From the NCBI RefSeq assembly GCF_009834535.1, contig NC_045707.1:61072001-61136000 (forward strand): a DNA stretch of 64,000 bases, in the 5' to 3' direction. The notes below the pieces were generated by a model, which saw only the letters and a program-made list of their open reading frames with translations, had not been told where the DNA came from and ran no database searches. Below are positions 37,051 through 49,939 of this stretch, piece by piece. Position 1 is the stretch's first letter; each line of letters starts with the position of its first letter. Origin of the DNA: Camelus ferus (Eukaryota). The translations under genes and the position numbers were made by a program.

Positions 37051-37989
37051 CTTTCTGTGCAATCAGCTTCAACCCTCCCATTCTCCCCACAGACATGGGC
37101 ACGTCCTTCTTATGATTGTGTGTGACCCAGTGTGAAATTGAATGAGAATTTGTCGGAACAAGTCAGTGGAGCTTTCCTGCTCAGAAACAGCTTATCTCAG
37201 TTCTTGAGGGACAGAAAGGAAAAAGGAGAATTAAAAAACACAAAGCAAAACAACCATCACCCGCAATGTTACCATATGCAAAACAGGAGGCTCTAGAATG
37301 TTAAAGTGTTTTAACAATTCCCAGACTAGGGAAAATTATGTGTATTCCAATTTAAACAGAAATCAATAGTTGTCTGCTGTGGTTGAACTATACACTAGAG
37401 AACTGTACTGTAATTATATTCATGGCAGGCATCAAGGACAAATCCCCTGGGTTTTGAGTAGGTGTGAGACAGGAAAAAATTACCAGCCCAGCCTTGGAAG
37501 ATTAAAAAAAAAAAAAAGTACTCACAAAGCTTTTCTTTCAGAACGATGGGTTTAATTACATATTCTTCATCGAACAAATAATAGTTCTCCAACCCTTGCT
37601 AAAATCATTGCATAAAAAAAAAAAATACATGTCTGGGAGAAACAATGCTGTAAAACAGTTCCATCCACACCTGTGCGTTTTCAGTTGTTTTACCTGCTCC
37701 TAGTTGGGGTTTGATTTCTTTCTACTTCTTAAAACTGCTAAAATACAGACAGGCATTAGATTTAAAATTTTCATTGTTTCCCCTTCCTTCTACTAGGATA
37801 ATTTAAAGAAGAACAATAATGTCTGTGATTCTGACATTGCAAATTAGGCTGCTGCCCCAACGTGTTCAATTTCACATCACAGTTTCCTAGGGAAGTTTTG
37901 AGGCCGCTAATTTATGATTGGACTGGGAACCATTCCCTTTCTCTGTCCTGTGATAGAAAGACTGGTTGTTCTGTCATCCAGCAACCAGT

Positions 37990-38515
37990 GGAATCCCTTG
38001 TATGTGTCAGGCACGTAGTAGGTCGATTCTGAGAATACGAAGATAGATTACATATAGCCTCAGCTTTTGAGGGGCTCTGTCTACAGAATGATTTAGGTAA
38101 TAACCCCTCCCTTCTTAGCTCAGACGATGCTCCTTATACACAAATAGGCTGCCCTACTCCCTTCTCCTCTGGCAGCCACAGAATTCTCTTTTCCTCCCTT
38201 GCTGTTGGTGAGAATTTCTCTTCCACTCCTCCCATTGCAGACACCAAGGAGACCTGCTCAAGGATACTGAACCTCACCTTGGAGGAGGCTGGGTTCCCCA
38301 CTTGCTCTGCCCAGCAAGTAGGACCAGGGTGGGGGCATATTTTGGGGGATATTTTGAGAGGAGTGTAGACAAGATGTGGTGTCAGACTGAATGTGAGTTG
38401 GCAAGATTACAGGAAGAACAGGGTGGGGAGGGGTGAATATTAGTTGTATTTTGGGGACCTGTTAAGTTTGAGGTGTACATTAGACATCCAAGTGGATGCT
38501 GAAAAGGCAGTAAAT
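37990..38515 (-). mobile_element. L2 fragments
   Basis: TATGTGTCAGGCAC (~38000) and TGTTAAGTTTGAGGTG..CATTAGACATCCAAGTGGA (~38460-38500). Confidence 0.6.
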
Positions 38516-39569
38516 CATGACTGCTTCTACTATGCTACAACCTCAAGTCTTTGCTGTCTATGTAAATGTGCTATTGAAAGTCTAAATAATAATTAAGTGT
38601 TACCATATTCTCACGCAATTAAGGAAAGATATGGTAAAAAAAGAAGAGAAAAGATTTTTTCAACATCCAGTTACTTTGAAAGGAGGCCAATTTTAATAAC
38701 CTTCAATTTAACATTAGATTCTTCTATTATTAATGCAAATTTTAAAAATCATCATAAAAACTAAATAGTCATTAGACTTCACCTTGGGCTGAGAGCTGGG
38801 AGAATAAGTTTTGACTTCAATAGAGCTAAAATAAATATTTAATGCTGATAATAGAGACACATAGAAAGTAAGTGGGAAATATGCGTGACTCACAAGGGAG
38901 GCATCCAGGGCTTTTTAATCAAATGGAAACCTTTTATAATAAAAGTTCTTTGAATTTTCATATGACTTCTTTTTGAAGTCAAAGTGTTTCCTAGAAGTAA
39001 TCTCATTAAGCTCCAGTGAGACCAGCCAGAACACATAATATTATCTCTAATTTATAGATCTGGCTGTAGAGAAGGGGGCCACACAACAGGGTCGTTATTT
39101 TCTTGGCAACCCAATGGCTAAACAAGGTTTGGGGCCTGTATTTTTCATTTCACATAAGTTATTTTCTGGCTTAACTAAATCGTTATTTTCTTTTCTCTTC
39201 TCTATAAACAAACAAACAAACAAATCCTTCTTTTGCTTTCCTCAAATGGCTTCTACCATTTTTAACTCTATAAAGGTCATGGGCAAAAAAGTTTTTCACA
39301 TTAAAGGAAAGATTTGAGCTCTGGCCAAGTATAGCTTTGTTTTCAGCCTTTTAGGTTTCAAAATGTAGACAGACTTATACATTCTCCCCTCAAGATATGT
39401 GTGAAGGATGATTCTTTCCTCTAAAGCTTCAGATAACCAACATGAATCTGTCTCTGTTGTCAAATTGTAGCAAGATGTGTCATAACATCAAATGTGGCTA
39501 GAGATGGGATTTGTCTGTACTCAATTTTCAATATTCCCTTTAGAGATTATGCACAGCCAAACACGAGAG

Positions 39570-40900
39570 AGTCACTCAACAAACATTTGTAGAGCACCTG
39601 CTAAATAGATAACTCCAATCAGTGATACAATGGGCTTTGACAGAGGGAAGCCCAGTGTATTCTAAGGATATAGCAGGATTCTTTAGTTAGAATTGAGTAG
39701 AGAATGTGATTATAAATAACCTCTGTGCCACATCCTTCTACATTCATGACCCCAGACACAAGAAACCCTCCCTGCTAGCCCCAGGTAGAACAGTCCAAGG
39801 CAAGGATTCTTATTGGCTAAGCTTGCTTCATAGCTCCATTTCTTGGACCAACCTCTATTACTAGGGCCATGAGTTACTGTAATATCTTGGATCTAGATAA
39901 TGTGGCTGGAGGGCAGCAAAAGGTGGTTGTATTCACTTTAGACTCACACAGAAAGGTTAGTGGAAGAGGAGCCATTTTCCAAAGGAGACAGGGGTGAGGA
40001 GAAGTTGTTATTAAGGGAAAGGATGTTGAGAAGGCCACAGCAGTAGATGTTAGCTAACAAGTGACCATAGGAAAGACACTGAAGAGGGGAGTCAGGTGTC
40101 AAGGATGGTTTTCTGTAGGAGGTATTGCCTGACCTGAGTCATTTAAAAAAACGTGAGCTAAGTCTTGAAGAAAGAGTAGGCATTCTCCAGGTGTTTATCT
40201 GTGTATTTGTTTTGCACACATTGAAGACATTAGGGTGGTCCAGGTAGGGGGAGCAGGGTGTATAAAGATACAAACATGGGAAAAAAGAAAATGACCTATC
40301 AGTGAGTAGTCAGGATACAGGTGAAGGTTAAAGGGGGCGGATGAGATCATCAGGAAAAATACATACAGAGAAGAGGCTGGAACACGGACGCCCAGGGCAG
40401 GTGAGACAAGAGCCCCAATCAGAGAATGAGAATGTGTGGCCAGGCATAGAGAAGGAGAAACCAGAGAAAGTGTTTTCAGGAAAGTCAAAATTTGTAGAGG
40501 CATCCGTAGATGTGGTTTTCAGATTTTCTCCAGCAGTGCTGAGCAGGCTCTAAATATGGAAAAGGTAAGCAGGCAGTGTAATGGCTCCAAAATTTGGGTT
40601 TTGTCAGGCAAACGTGGCTGACTCTGGGCCAGGGAGTTGAGGATAGTGACACAGGTGCCGCGTGATGGACCTGAAGCTTCGGCAGGTGGGGCAGGAAGTG
40701 AGTATAGAAAGGGGTTAATTAAAAGATGTAGGTCAAGGATGGGAGGTCTCAGTGAGTCACAGAGAGGGTGTGGTGGGTGTAAAGGACTCGGGGAGCTGAA
40801 GGGATAGGAAGTTGAGGTCAGAATGGGGTGCTGAGTTCCAGATCCAGTGATGAGGTCGAAAGGTGTGATCATGGGTCATGAGAGGCTGAAATGCAAGGGA
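39570..40900 (-). mobile_element. Fragmented L2, interrupted by an LTR
   Basis: CACTCAACAAACATTTGTAGAGCACCTGCTA at the 3' end. GGATGAGATCATCAGG, AGAGAAAGTGTTTTCAGGAA and GATGAGGTCGAAAGGTGTGATCATGGG are L2 body motifs. Confidence 0.6.
39720..40059 (-). mobile_element. Old MaLR LTR fragment (MLT1K/L-like)
   Basis: GGCAAGGATTCTTATTGGCTAAGCTTG...GGACCAACCTCT...AAGGATGTTGAGAAGGC..AGATGTTAGCTAACA. Confidence 0.55.
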
Positions 40901-40902
40901 AG

Positions 40903-41489
40903 TGTACTAGTCAGGGTTCTCCAGAAAAGCAGAACCAACAGAACATATGTATCTTATGGTATTGGATGTTGTATGTATTTCATATTCCATATCTATATAG
41001 CTGTCCCTCTCTCTCTATCTAAAAAGATTTATTATTAAGAATTGGCTCATGTGATTATGGAGGTAGGCAAGTCCCAAGATCAGCAGGGTGAGTCAGCAGA
41101 TGGAGACTGAAGAAAACTGATGGCTTAGTTCCATCCCAGTCCAAAGACATGAAAACCAGGAGAGCCTGTGGTATAGTACCAGTCATAAGGCCGGCAAGCT
41201 TGAGATCCAGAAAGAGCCAATGTTTCAACCATGTTGGAAGACAGGAGAATTCTCTTATGTGAATTCTCCCTCTTAACTGGGAGAGGGTCAGCCTTTTTGC
41301 TCTTTTTTAGACCTTCCGTTGATTGGATGAGGCCCACCCACATTAAGGAAGGCAATCTGCTTTACTCAGTCTGCTAATTTAAATGTTACTCTCATCCAAA
41401 AACGCCCTCACAGAAACACCCAGAAAATACTTGGCCCTGTGGTCACCCTGTGGCCCAGTCAAGTAAGCACAAAAAAATTAACCATTATA
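40903..41489 (-). mobile_element. ERVL LTR (MLT2B-like)
   Basis: TGTACTAGTCAGGGTTCTCCAGA..CAGAACCAA, GAATTGGCTCATGTGATTATGGAG, GATTGGATGAGGCCCACCCACATT..GGCAATCTGCTTTACTCA, and the end AAAATTAACCAT. Confidence 0.92.
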
Positions 41490-42504
41490 GAAACTGATCA
41501 ATTTATTCCACATCCTCTACTTGCTCTGCTTTTCTGGCCTTGACCTTCTGGCTCCAAGTTCCTGCTTTAGATCCTGACTTGGGCCATTGACCACAAAAGC
41601 TGGGTCTGCCCCTCAGAACTGTGATGGGAAGTTTCTGAGCAAATTGAGGTTGAGACCTGGGAGCTGGAACTGAATTCTGACCCAATAATATACAAAGATT
41701 GCTTGCTGGGAGCATCCTGTTGTTAAGAAATCTATCTAGAAGTATTACTACAACTGTCTAATCTGTGCCTGGTACACAGTCCCATGGGGAAAATCAAGGC
41801 TAAGCATTTGAGGACCAAAGAAAAATTGTAGGTACATTACTATGTGCCGCCCCTTAAGTGAGCTTGGTGGGATGGATAACAGATACTGGCTACATCCAGC
41901 TACAAACTGAATTGCCCTCCCTGCAGGCTGAGGGCTGTTGGAACATAAGTTCACCTGTGAGGGACTATCAGAGAGGAGATTAGGCCTTGTGTTTCCTGAA
42001 CACTTGTTTCCAGTGTTAATGGAAATAATAGAGATTCTAGTAAGTTGGTGGCTTCTGGGTAGTGAATGAATCGTAAGAGAAAGATCTACCTTTGTTGAGT
42101 GATTTTTGTTACACCCAAGCGTAAAAAGTAGCTGTCTCTTTTTAGGAGCTCATGAGGTATTAAAAAGTGCGCCTCTTCTGAGCTTCCAAGGACTACAGAA
42201 GGTTATAAAAGTGACCCTTGACAGGAAGTGAAAAACCAGACAACTTCTCTGGAATAGGCCTTCAGAGAGACAGATAATATTATTGTTCTGCACTCTGGTT
42301 TCTTTCCTGATTGTGCTTCAGGTTGGTTGTATTCCCACACATACCCTCCACTATGGGATAGTCCCCTCTTCTGTTTGCACTCCTGGAAACTGAAAGTCCT
42401 ACATGTATTCCATACTCCATTAATTCCAAAAGAACCTTCAGAGGTGTTCACTTACTTCTCTGCTTCTTAACTCAGCTGTTAAATGCTTAGCTTGGATTTT
42501 TACC

Positions 42505-42660
42505 TTTTCATCTGTTTGGAATTGAATCTAGGTCCCATCTTTTATGTAATCTTGGGTAAGTTATTTAACTTCCATGGATGCTAGTTTCCTTATCTACAAA
42601 GTAGAGATAATAATAGGATCTACCTCCTAGAATACCATGGAGATTCAATAAGATATTCTA
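42505..42660 (+). mobile_element. MIR
   Basis: ATCTTGGGTAAGTTATTTAACTTC...AGTTTCCTTATCTACAAAGTAGAGATAATAATAG..CTACCTCCTAG. Confidence 0.8.
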
Positions 42661-42664
42661 TCTA

Positions 42665-42725
42665 CAGTTGACCCTTGAACCACGCTGGGGTCAGGGGCAC
42701 TGACCGACCACACAGTCGATATCCC
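42665..42725. mobile_element. Tigger-type (MER8/Tigger2-like) terminal fragment
   Basis: TA followed by CAGTTGACCCTTGAAC..CGCTGGGGTCAGGGGCACTGACC, a Tigger TIR end. The other end is not found. Confidence 0.7.
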
Positions 42726-43762
42726 AGTACTGTTATCTTTGCCTCAAAAACAAAGGAATTGATAAAATGATTTATCTAAGGGCAGGAAGCTGAAACAGTT
42801 TGGACGAAACAGAATTAGGGCTCAAACTCTGATCTCTAATTGCAATCTCTAACTGAGCACAAATTTTCCCCACACTTAGTTCAAGGGTTGACTATAGATA
42901 CCTGAAAGCTTGGCAAACAGCAAATGCTCAATAGATGTTAACTCTAATTTTTATTTCTTAACCTGCACTTCATATTCTTTCAGGTTGTCTTTACAGGTAT
43001 ATAACTGATCTGTGTTTGTTGATCTACTAACAATAGGATGTTTACCTAATTGTGACTCATGCTATATTTCCTATAGCTGACTACTTTATATTTGAAAGTG
43101 AAAGCAAGAAAATCTTGCTTTTCATAAATCTGCCTGAGTTACCAAACTTTGCTTGACAGGGTGCATTACAGGGGAGTGAGATGAAGGAAGGAGTATTTGG
43201 GTGGTAAATCTCAATTTCCAAATCCTATTTCTAGCTTTCAATTGTGCAGGAAATCAGTGATTACATTTCTGACACCGATGACCTTTTCGCTCCTGACTCA
43301 TCTCAGATGATGCCGTAAGGAAACCATGGCTCTGGTAAATGAACGTAGAATTTGTTTCTTGGATTTAATAGTGTATGAGTTGGGACTCTCCAAGCACTAA
43401 TCTCACTAACAAGGACAATTTCTGATTGCCAATTATTTAGTCTGTATACAATTTGGAAACTTGGGAATGTTTGGATATTCGACTGTTTCACAAGCAAAAC
43501 TATTCATGCTCAGAGAATGTCTGCTGAATCTTCTGATTTGGTTCAGATAACATACAAGCTTATGCAACACTTGTAGAAGATATTGAACAACAAAGCAGTG
43601 AATCACATGGCTTGATCAACTCTGCCTTAGGTTTGTCAGGCATTCTTCAAACATTTGTACTCCAGACACACAAATGAATTGTAATACCATCTCTGTTCTC
43701 TTGCGGTGCAATGACAGGTAGTACTTTCATCAGGAAAATATGGTGGTTACAGCAGGAAGCAA

Positions 43763-43990
43763 CCATTTATCCATCGATCCATTTATCCATTGATTCAGTA
43801 AATATTTATAAATCATTTGAAGGAGCCAGGCACCAAGCTAGTTATAAGTGATTCAACAAAGGCAATGCAGATGCTCCCTGACTTCCCAGAGTTTTTAAAA
43901 CTCATGGTAAGAGATAAAGAATTGAGCACAAATTTATAATACAGTGTGATAAATGCAAGATAAAGGAACCGTTTATAGCCCATTGGGACA
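43763..43990 (-). mobile_element. L2 3' portion
   Basis: CCATTTATCCAT..ATTCAGTAAATATTTAT...GCCAGGCAC...TATAATACAGTGTGATAAATGC. Confidence 0.75.
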
Positions 43991-44679
43991 CATGCAATAT
44001 AAAGAAAGGGGCTAGAAGTATGAAAGTTAAATGCTCAATTCAGAAGTGATTTCTTCTTTTTTCTTTTCTTTCATTTTCCCTTTTTCTCTTCCCTTCCTTT
44101 CCCTTCTTTTTGCTTGTGACTGGAAAGATTGGAAGCCCTGCGCAAAAAACACAGTTCCATTCAAAAGAGGTCATATGAGAGGGTTGTACCTTTAGACATT
44201 TCTTTGGTTATAGGAGCTTGTACAAAAGCAATTAGGAGTACAGACAGAAATAGTAATATAGTTGGCATCTTAATTGGAAGAAAACCTGTATATTAGGTAA
44301 TGGACTTTGAGTGATTGCAGGCACAAAAAGGAAAGAGTTCTTTATGATGAGCATATTAGCACTGACAATAGGAAACAGCCAAAAAGGACCTACCTGTATA
44401 TGAGAAAATGATGAAAGAAGATGCAGATTTGGAGTTGGACAAGGGCAGGGCTTCTCTTCTAAGTGGTCCTGGCTAAAGGTTTCCCTAGTGTTCTGGAGGA
44501 GAGGGCATTTATACTTACAATTATTTATGTTTTGCTGTACACATATAGTTAACTATATAAGTAAGTTACATGTATCCAATTACGTTCATCACAGGGGATT
44601 GTATTTCCTTAAATAAAGATTGTCTCATTTTCCTCATCATGTCCTGAGTTAAATTTTTTTTTTTTAATTGTTGGGAAAT

Positions 44680-44841
44680 ACCTGAATCAGATGGAACCAG
44701 CCAACAATACTGTGCTAGTAGCCCATGGAGCTTCTGATTTAGTAGTTTTGGGGGAGATAGCTGGGAATATATTTTGAAAAAGGCTTCTCAGGTGGTTCTG
44801 ATGTAGCTACTCTGCCTTGGGTGACTGTTTTAGGACCACTG
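44680..44841. mobile_element. MER5-like hAT-Charlie fragment
   Basis: TTCTGATTTAGTAG...CTCAGGTGGTTCTGATGTAG...TTTAGGACCACTG. Confidence 0.6.
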
Positions 44842-46871
44842 TAACAGGTTAACTGTCGAGCTCTCATTTATTTCCATTTTTAGATGAGTCACTCACATGA
44901 AAACTCAAAAATAGATTTATATCAATGCCAATTAAAAGTTCTAATTGCCTTCCTTGGTCCCATCCTCTTTTCTTTCATGTCTTCCACATTTTTCACTGAA
45001 CCCTGAAATTTGTAGATACACTGTGATCACCTTGTCTAAACCTGGCTTTGAGATGAGAGAAGATAAATAAATGATTTAGAGGAATTACTTACTCATTTAG
45101 CCTAACACATTTTCCCGGAAGAGTCTCAGGGTCAGGTAACAATTCACAAGCAGAACTACTTTACAATAAACACAACGTGGTTGAAAAGGAGCAGAGCAGC
45201 AGACAATCTGCTGAAATCAGCACATTGTGTAGCTGGTGTTTTCAGACCTGCCTTCTCGTAGGCTCTTCTAGTCAGCTCTGCCCCATTTCATGGCACACGA
45301 CTCAGCTTCCAGGACCTGGCAGGCTTCTCACTGTGGCCCCTAGGTTTGGCAGTTTGGCAATGGCTTTCCTTCTAGGGTTGGGGCGTATCCAGCTTGGACT
45401 TAGCCTGTCAATCCCTTTGGCCCTCTCCTGGCTTCCTGGTACCCAGGCTCCTTCCCTAGGCAAGTGACCTTTCGGAGTCACAGCCCTCCCCCCAGAACTC
45501 TTTTTTCCAGTGTTTGATCGGCTTTATAACCAAATAATTCCTCCCTTATGTTCAGCTGAGATCTCTTTTGTCATAACATGACTGTTATCTCTTTATCTGG
45601 CCTTCTGAGGACCCATATCCTCACAGGACCCAATTTCTGTTCCTTTGATACTCTCTCTTACTCCTCTTTTACCCCCTTGCTTTTTTCTTATAGGAATTCA
45701 TGAGTATAAAGCACTTTGAATAGTGCCTGATATACACACATGTAGGTGTTATGTCTATTTTTTATTATTTTCTTTACATCCTTCTAATGGTGCTGTGAAC
45801 AGAGGTAGACTTAACTCTCTGATAACTAAGTGATTTCTCTAATAAGAATCAGAGTAAGAAGGACTGTCACATTCCTTTTACTTCATCACACACTGACTTC
45901 TGCTTTTCTCCTTCGTACCTCCGACCCTCAACCTCACACACCTCAGCTAAATTGCTAACTTTGCATTTGTTTTCAATAACAATGACCTCCATATATATTT
46001 TTACCCCTCCTTTATTTGTCAATGGTGAGTACTTTCTCCTCCTGTTAATTATGTCTGTTTTGGCGGGAATTTGCGATAAAAGACGTACCAATGTAGTTTC
46101 CACTTTCATTTTCTATAAAAATTGCTTATTGTGCCATAATTTGTTTATGATAGGAAGTTATGGTTAAGTGAACGCTTATATACATTTACATTGCCCAGAA
46201 GCATTGTTTGTAGAAAAGCAGGTGTTTTCAGTTTTATTTCCCCAGGTCTTTTTTTTCAGTCTGAAGGAAAACCTTCCTCTGTAAGATTCATCACATAAAT
46301 AAAATGTGATCAATAAGTTTGCCTTGAAAAAATTTTGAGGTGTGATATGAAACATCTTGTGTTGGCAAGATACCTCTTACGATAAGACTCTTACCATATG
46401 AAGACAGAGGCCCTGCTGTAATTTTGGCAAGGGTCAAGGTGGGGACCAGAGGTTGGTGGGTTAATTGATGAAGTCTGCTAAAGCTGGGAATTAAAATGAA
46501 GATCTATAAATATCTATGGATCTTAAGCTTTTTCATTTAAGCTTACAATGCATGGATTATATTTTACTGTAAGTCCCCACTTTTCCTTGCTATGAGTTCA
46601 TTGTTTGGAGTTCCATGTCCTCGTTCCTATATAAACCACTCTTATGCATCGTTTACCACATCCAATTTCAACTTCTTTAAAGTGGAACAAGGTCTTAAAA
46701 ACACTTGTAAAGTAAACTGACTATAGTCTCTGTCTAGAGTTTTCATATATTTTTCTTCCTACTTTCGACAATTGTTTTACCCACACCTATATGAAGAGCA
46801 ATTTTTAAAGCAACTCATTTTTGAGTTTTTATGAGACACTGAACTAAATTTTTACAGGAACAACCTTTTCC

Positions 46872-47004
46872 TTTTATTTTTTAACATTTTTTTATTGAGT
46901 TATAATCATTTTACAATGTTGTGTCAAATTCCAGTGTAGAGCACAATTTTTCAGTTATACATGAACATGCATATATTCATTGTCACATTTTTTTTCGCTG
47001 TGAG
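46872..47004 (-). mobile_element. Young camelid-type L1 3' end
   Basis: T-tract followed by AACATTTTTTTATTGAGTTATAATCATTTTACAATGTTGTGTCAAATTCCAGTGTAGAGCACAA. TSD TCCTTTT at 46869-46875 and 47005-47011. Confidence 0.85.
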
Positions 47005-48339
47005 TCCTTTTTACGTTTATACAGTATCAGATTACATAATATTTACTCCACGTAATTCTAATGACAAATACAATCGGCATAAACATGTCTGGGATCAAAG
47101 ACAGGTAATTCTTTATAGCTCAGCTGATGGGCACAGAAGTGCAGGGGCTGCTGGAAAAGTCTATGTTTGATTACTGGTCAGTGGTTTTAAAGAAGGACAC
47201 AGATTGTTAGGTGTAACCACATATCATAGTTTGTACCTACTGTCCTAGCTTAACTATTAAGAGCTCCCTTTTCATTATTCAAGAGGTCGTTCAAGGGTAA
47301 TAAACTACATGATCATCCCTAGTGTTGGTTAAAATCCAGATAGACTGGTGAAGTGGAGCTAAAAGTTGATTAAGAGAGTTTCTACTGAATTTGGTTAACG
47401 TTTCCTTATAGCTGACTTGACAAGGCCTCTAAATCTTCGCCAACTGGTTGGTGACATTGGAGTTGCTGAGAAGGTAGAGTTCTTGTTTCAGACTGGGAAT
47501 GGGGACCAGAGCCACTGAGTGGCCCAGATGGCTGCCGAGAGGCTGTGTGGAGGGCTTCTCAGGTGGGGCTGCTGTGGTGGGGCTCCTCGGCTGCTGTGGT
47601 GGGGCGGCTCTTCCAGGCAGGCAGGTATTAGAAGCAGGTAATAACTGTGAGCATCAAAGATGACTTTCATTAGCATGGGAATCTAAAGTATAGCAGTTTT
47701 CTCTGTGTGCATGTGTGTGTGTGTTTTAAGCATCAGTAAATGTGGTTTACTGAAAATGATAATAATAAAAGCTCCTCTTTTTTACTTTCTGTCCGTGTTT
47801 CTGGGGCAGGGTCTCCTCAACCTCAACCATTTTCTTCATCTCTGCCATCACCTTCCTGCATCCTCCCTTCCTCAGTCCCTCCTTCTCTTGGTCCCCTTCC
47901 AACGCTGCTTGCTGCTTCTCTTCAACACTGGCCCCAGAAAGGATGCTGACCCCCAGTGTGTTCTATCTTATCGAGAGCCAACCTGGCTCCAGCCAGCAGG
48001 CTGATTCCTGAGGACCGCTGCCCGCCACCTCCGCCTCTTCATGCTCCCCTCCTCTCACACGCACTCACCTTCTTCTTTGCCACATGACCTCTCTGCTGGT
48101 TCTGTGCCTAGAGGACAACTCCAAAGCTACAGTCCTCAGAATGGAGTAAGCCTGGAGTTGGCTCTAACCCTGGCATCCAGAAGATCTGACCCTTCGCTCT
48201 GTAATGCTCTGTGTGGTCTGGAGTTGACACTGAGCTTGGGTGGGGGCAGGAGGGCCATTGTGGAAACATTCATGGGGCCTGAATTCTTCAACTGCATTAG
48301 GTGCTTTTTAACATCTTGACTCAGTTTCAGATTAGCCAG

Positions 48340-48568
48340 TCATCGAGTATTTGCTGCATACTAGTTCAGTACTGATTACTTTTATAAGTACTATAACATT
48401 TATCCTCACAAAAATCCTTTGAGCTAATATTACACACACATACACACACACGTATGCACACACATTATTTTTAAACAAACAAAAAATCAGAAGGTATAAA
48501 GAAACGTGTACATGGTCACACAGAGAGCACGTGTGGTCCCCAGATTTAAACCGTATGCCTTTGACTTG
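48340..48568 (-). mobile_element. MIR with internal (CA)n tract
   Basis: ATTTATCCTCACAAAAATCCTTTGAG...ATGGTCACACAG...CAGATTTAAACC..TTTGACT. Confidence 0.6.
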
Positions 48569-48654
48569 GCACCTTCTTCCCTTCGTGTCCCTCTTCTGTA
48601 AAGGATTGTTCAGAGAGGGTTGCTATTTACACACAGTAAGTAAAGAGATCAATA

Positions 48655-48850
48655 CTATGGTTTTCAGGCTTTCAGAGTGAAATCATAAAACCTATTATTT
48701 AAGTGACATCTTGTGAGGGACCTCAAAATCTACAATGGCTAAAATACAAAGCTGGTCTAAGCAGGTGGAGGGGGTCTACAGTCATCTCCATTACTTTCCT
48801 ACCTCCCATCACTACAGCCCCTCAAAGCTGGCTGAGGAGCACAGCAACAC
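48655..48850. mobile_element. Ancient hAT-like element, probably related to 36450-36650
   Basis: TGGTTTTCAGGCT...AAAACCTATT..AAGTGACATCTTGTGAGGGACCTCAAAATCTACAA parallels the motif order of the 36450 element. Confidence 0.4.
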
Positions 48851-49032
48851 TGAATTAGTGTAATCATGCAAATGCACCCATTTCATTCACATGGCTCTGA
48901 AAGGGCATGTAGTGGGAGATCACCCCTGCCCTCGCCAGCCAGCACCGAGCTCCCTCTCTGGAAGCAGTGAGATGACACCTCCACATTCACCTTCTGGTGA
49001 TTCCATATCTGTGCAAAGCAAATGCACATCTA

Positions 49033-49132
49033 TTCTTTTTCCTTTTTTTTTCTTAAATGGAGGTACTGGGGATTAAACTCAGGACCTTGTGCATGCTAAG
49101 CATATGCTCTGCTACTGAGCTATAATCCTCCC
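49033..49132 (-). mobile_element. tRNA-Ala-derived camelid SINE (vic-1 type), short form
   Basis: AATGGAGGTACTGGGGATTAAACTCAGGACCTTGTGCATGCTAAGCATATGCTCTGCTACTGAGCTATA aligns with 25297-25365 and directly abuts a T-tract. Confidence 0.88.
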
Positions 49133-49315
49133 ATACTTTAAAACATTTATTTATTTTTTCATATGTATTCTAGTATTTTTTTTTCACTTTTTTTGGTGAA
49201 CAGATCGATATAATTTGCATTTATGATCTTATTAAGTTTCTCAGTCATCCTTTGGAATCCCAAAGACCAAAACAATATTATGTTTAAGGTACTTTGACAA
49301 GTGGGGGCAGTGCAA

Positions 49316-49427
49316 TAGGTTGACCAGCCAGCTCTGTTTGCCTGGGGCTGAGGGATTTCCTGGGATACCAGACTCCCAGTGCTGAAACTGCAGCAGTCGC
49401 AGGAAAACTGGGACAGTCGGCCATAAA
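49316..49427. mobile_element. MER81-like hAT-Blackjack MITE
   Basis: TAGGTTGACCA..TGTTTGCCTGGGGCTGAGGGATTTCCTGGGA..GACTCCCAGTGCTGAAACTG...GGAAAACTGGGACAG; about 110 bp. Confidence 0.75.
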
Positions 49428-49939
49428 GCTGTGAGGTCACAAGAACTGGCCCCGAGGACCGCTCTCCATGGTACCCCCAAATCACTACTCTTATGACCTG
49501 GCCAGATGGTTCCTGGGCCCTGTGATCAGGTGACCTGCAGGTAGTTTAAGGAGTCTAGTCAACACTGCTCCTTTATTCCTGGCCTTGAACTTGATCTGAA
49601 CCAAGGACAAATGTGGCCATTTCAAGGACATTAAAAAGCAAGGCTTTTTGTTTTTAAAGCATAGTTAGAACATGGACATTATCTCTTTTTCTTCTATTCT
49701 CAAGCTATTTTTAAGGAAAATTAATAGCTAAAGCTATTTTAAGATTATCTAATAGAAAAGCATTTTTTGAATTGTTATTTTCTGAGGATTTCATTTATTC
49801 TTTACATGTTTCTTTGTTGGGCATAAATAAGTAAGAGCTGGCTAAAACAAACACCCCCAAAGCCTCTCATTAGTTGCAAAGTATAGTAAGTTGTATTAAC
49901 TGACAGTATGATTAAATGGAAAAAGAAAAAAGATTTCTG

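Noticed and set aside
36788..37115. ER-repeat and SL-repeat proteins; also the LFIY-repeat ORF at 25184 and the E/K/R-rich ORF at 4483
   Set aside because: These are translations of (GA)n, (ATTT)n and polypyrimidine tracts.
44340..44370. C/D-box snoRNA motifs (ATGATGA...CTGA) here and at 55627 and 61721
   Set aside because: The spacing is too short or no D box/terminal stem is present; one lies within a MIR.
45112..45120. Perfect STAT GAS site TTCCCGGAA
   Set aside because: A single 9-mer without supporting context, so it is not distinguishable from chance.
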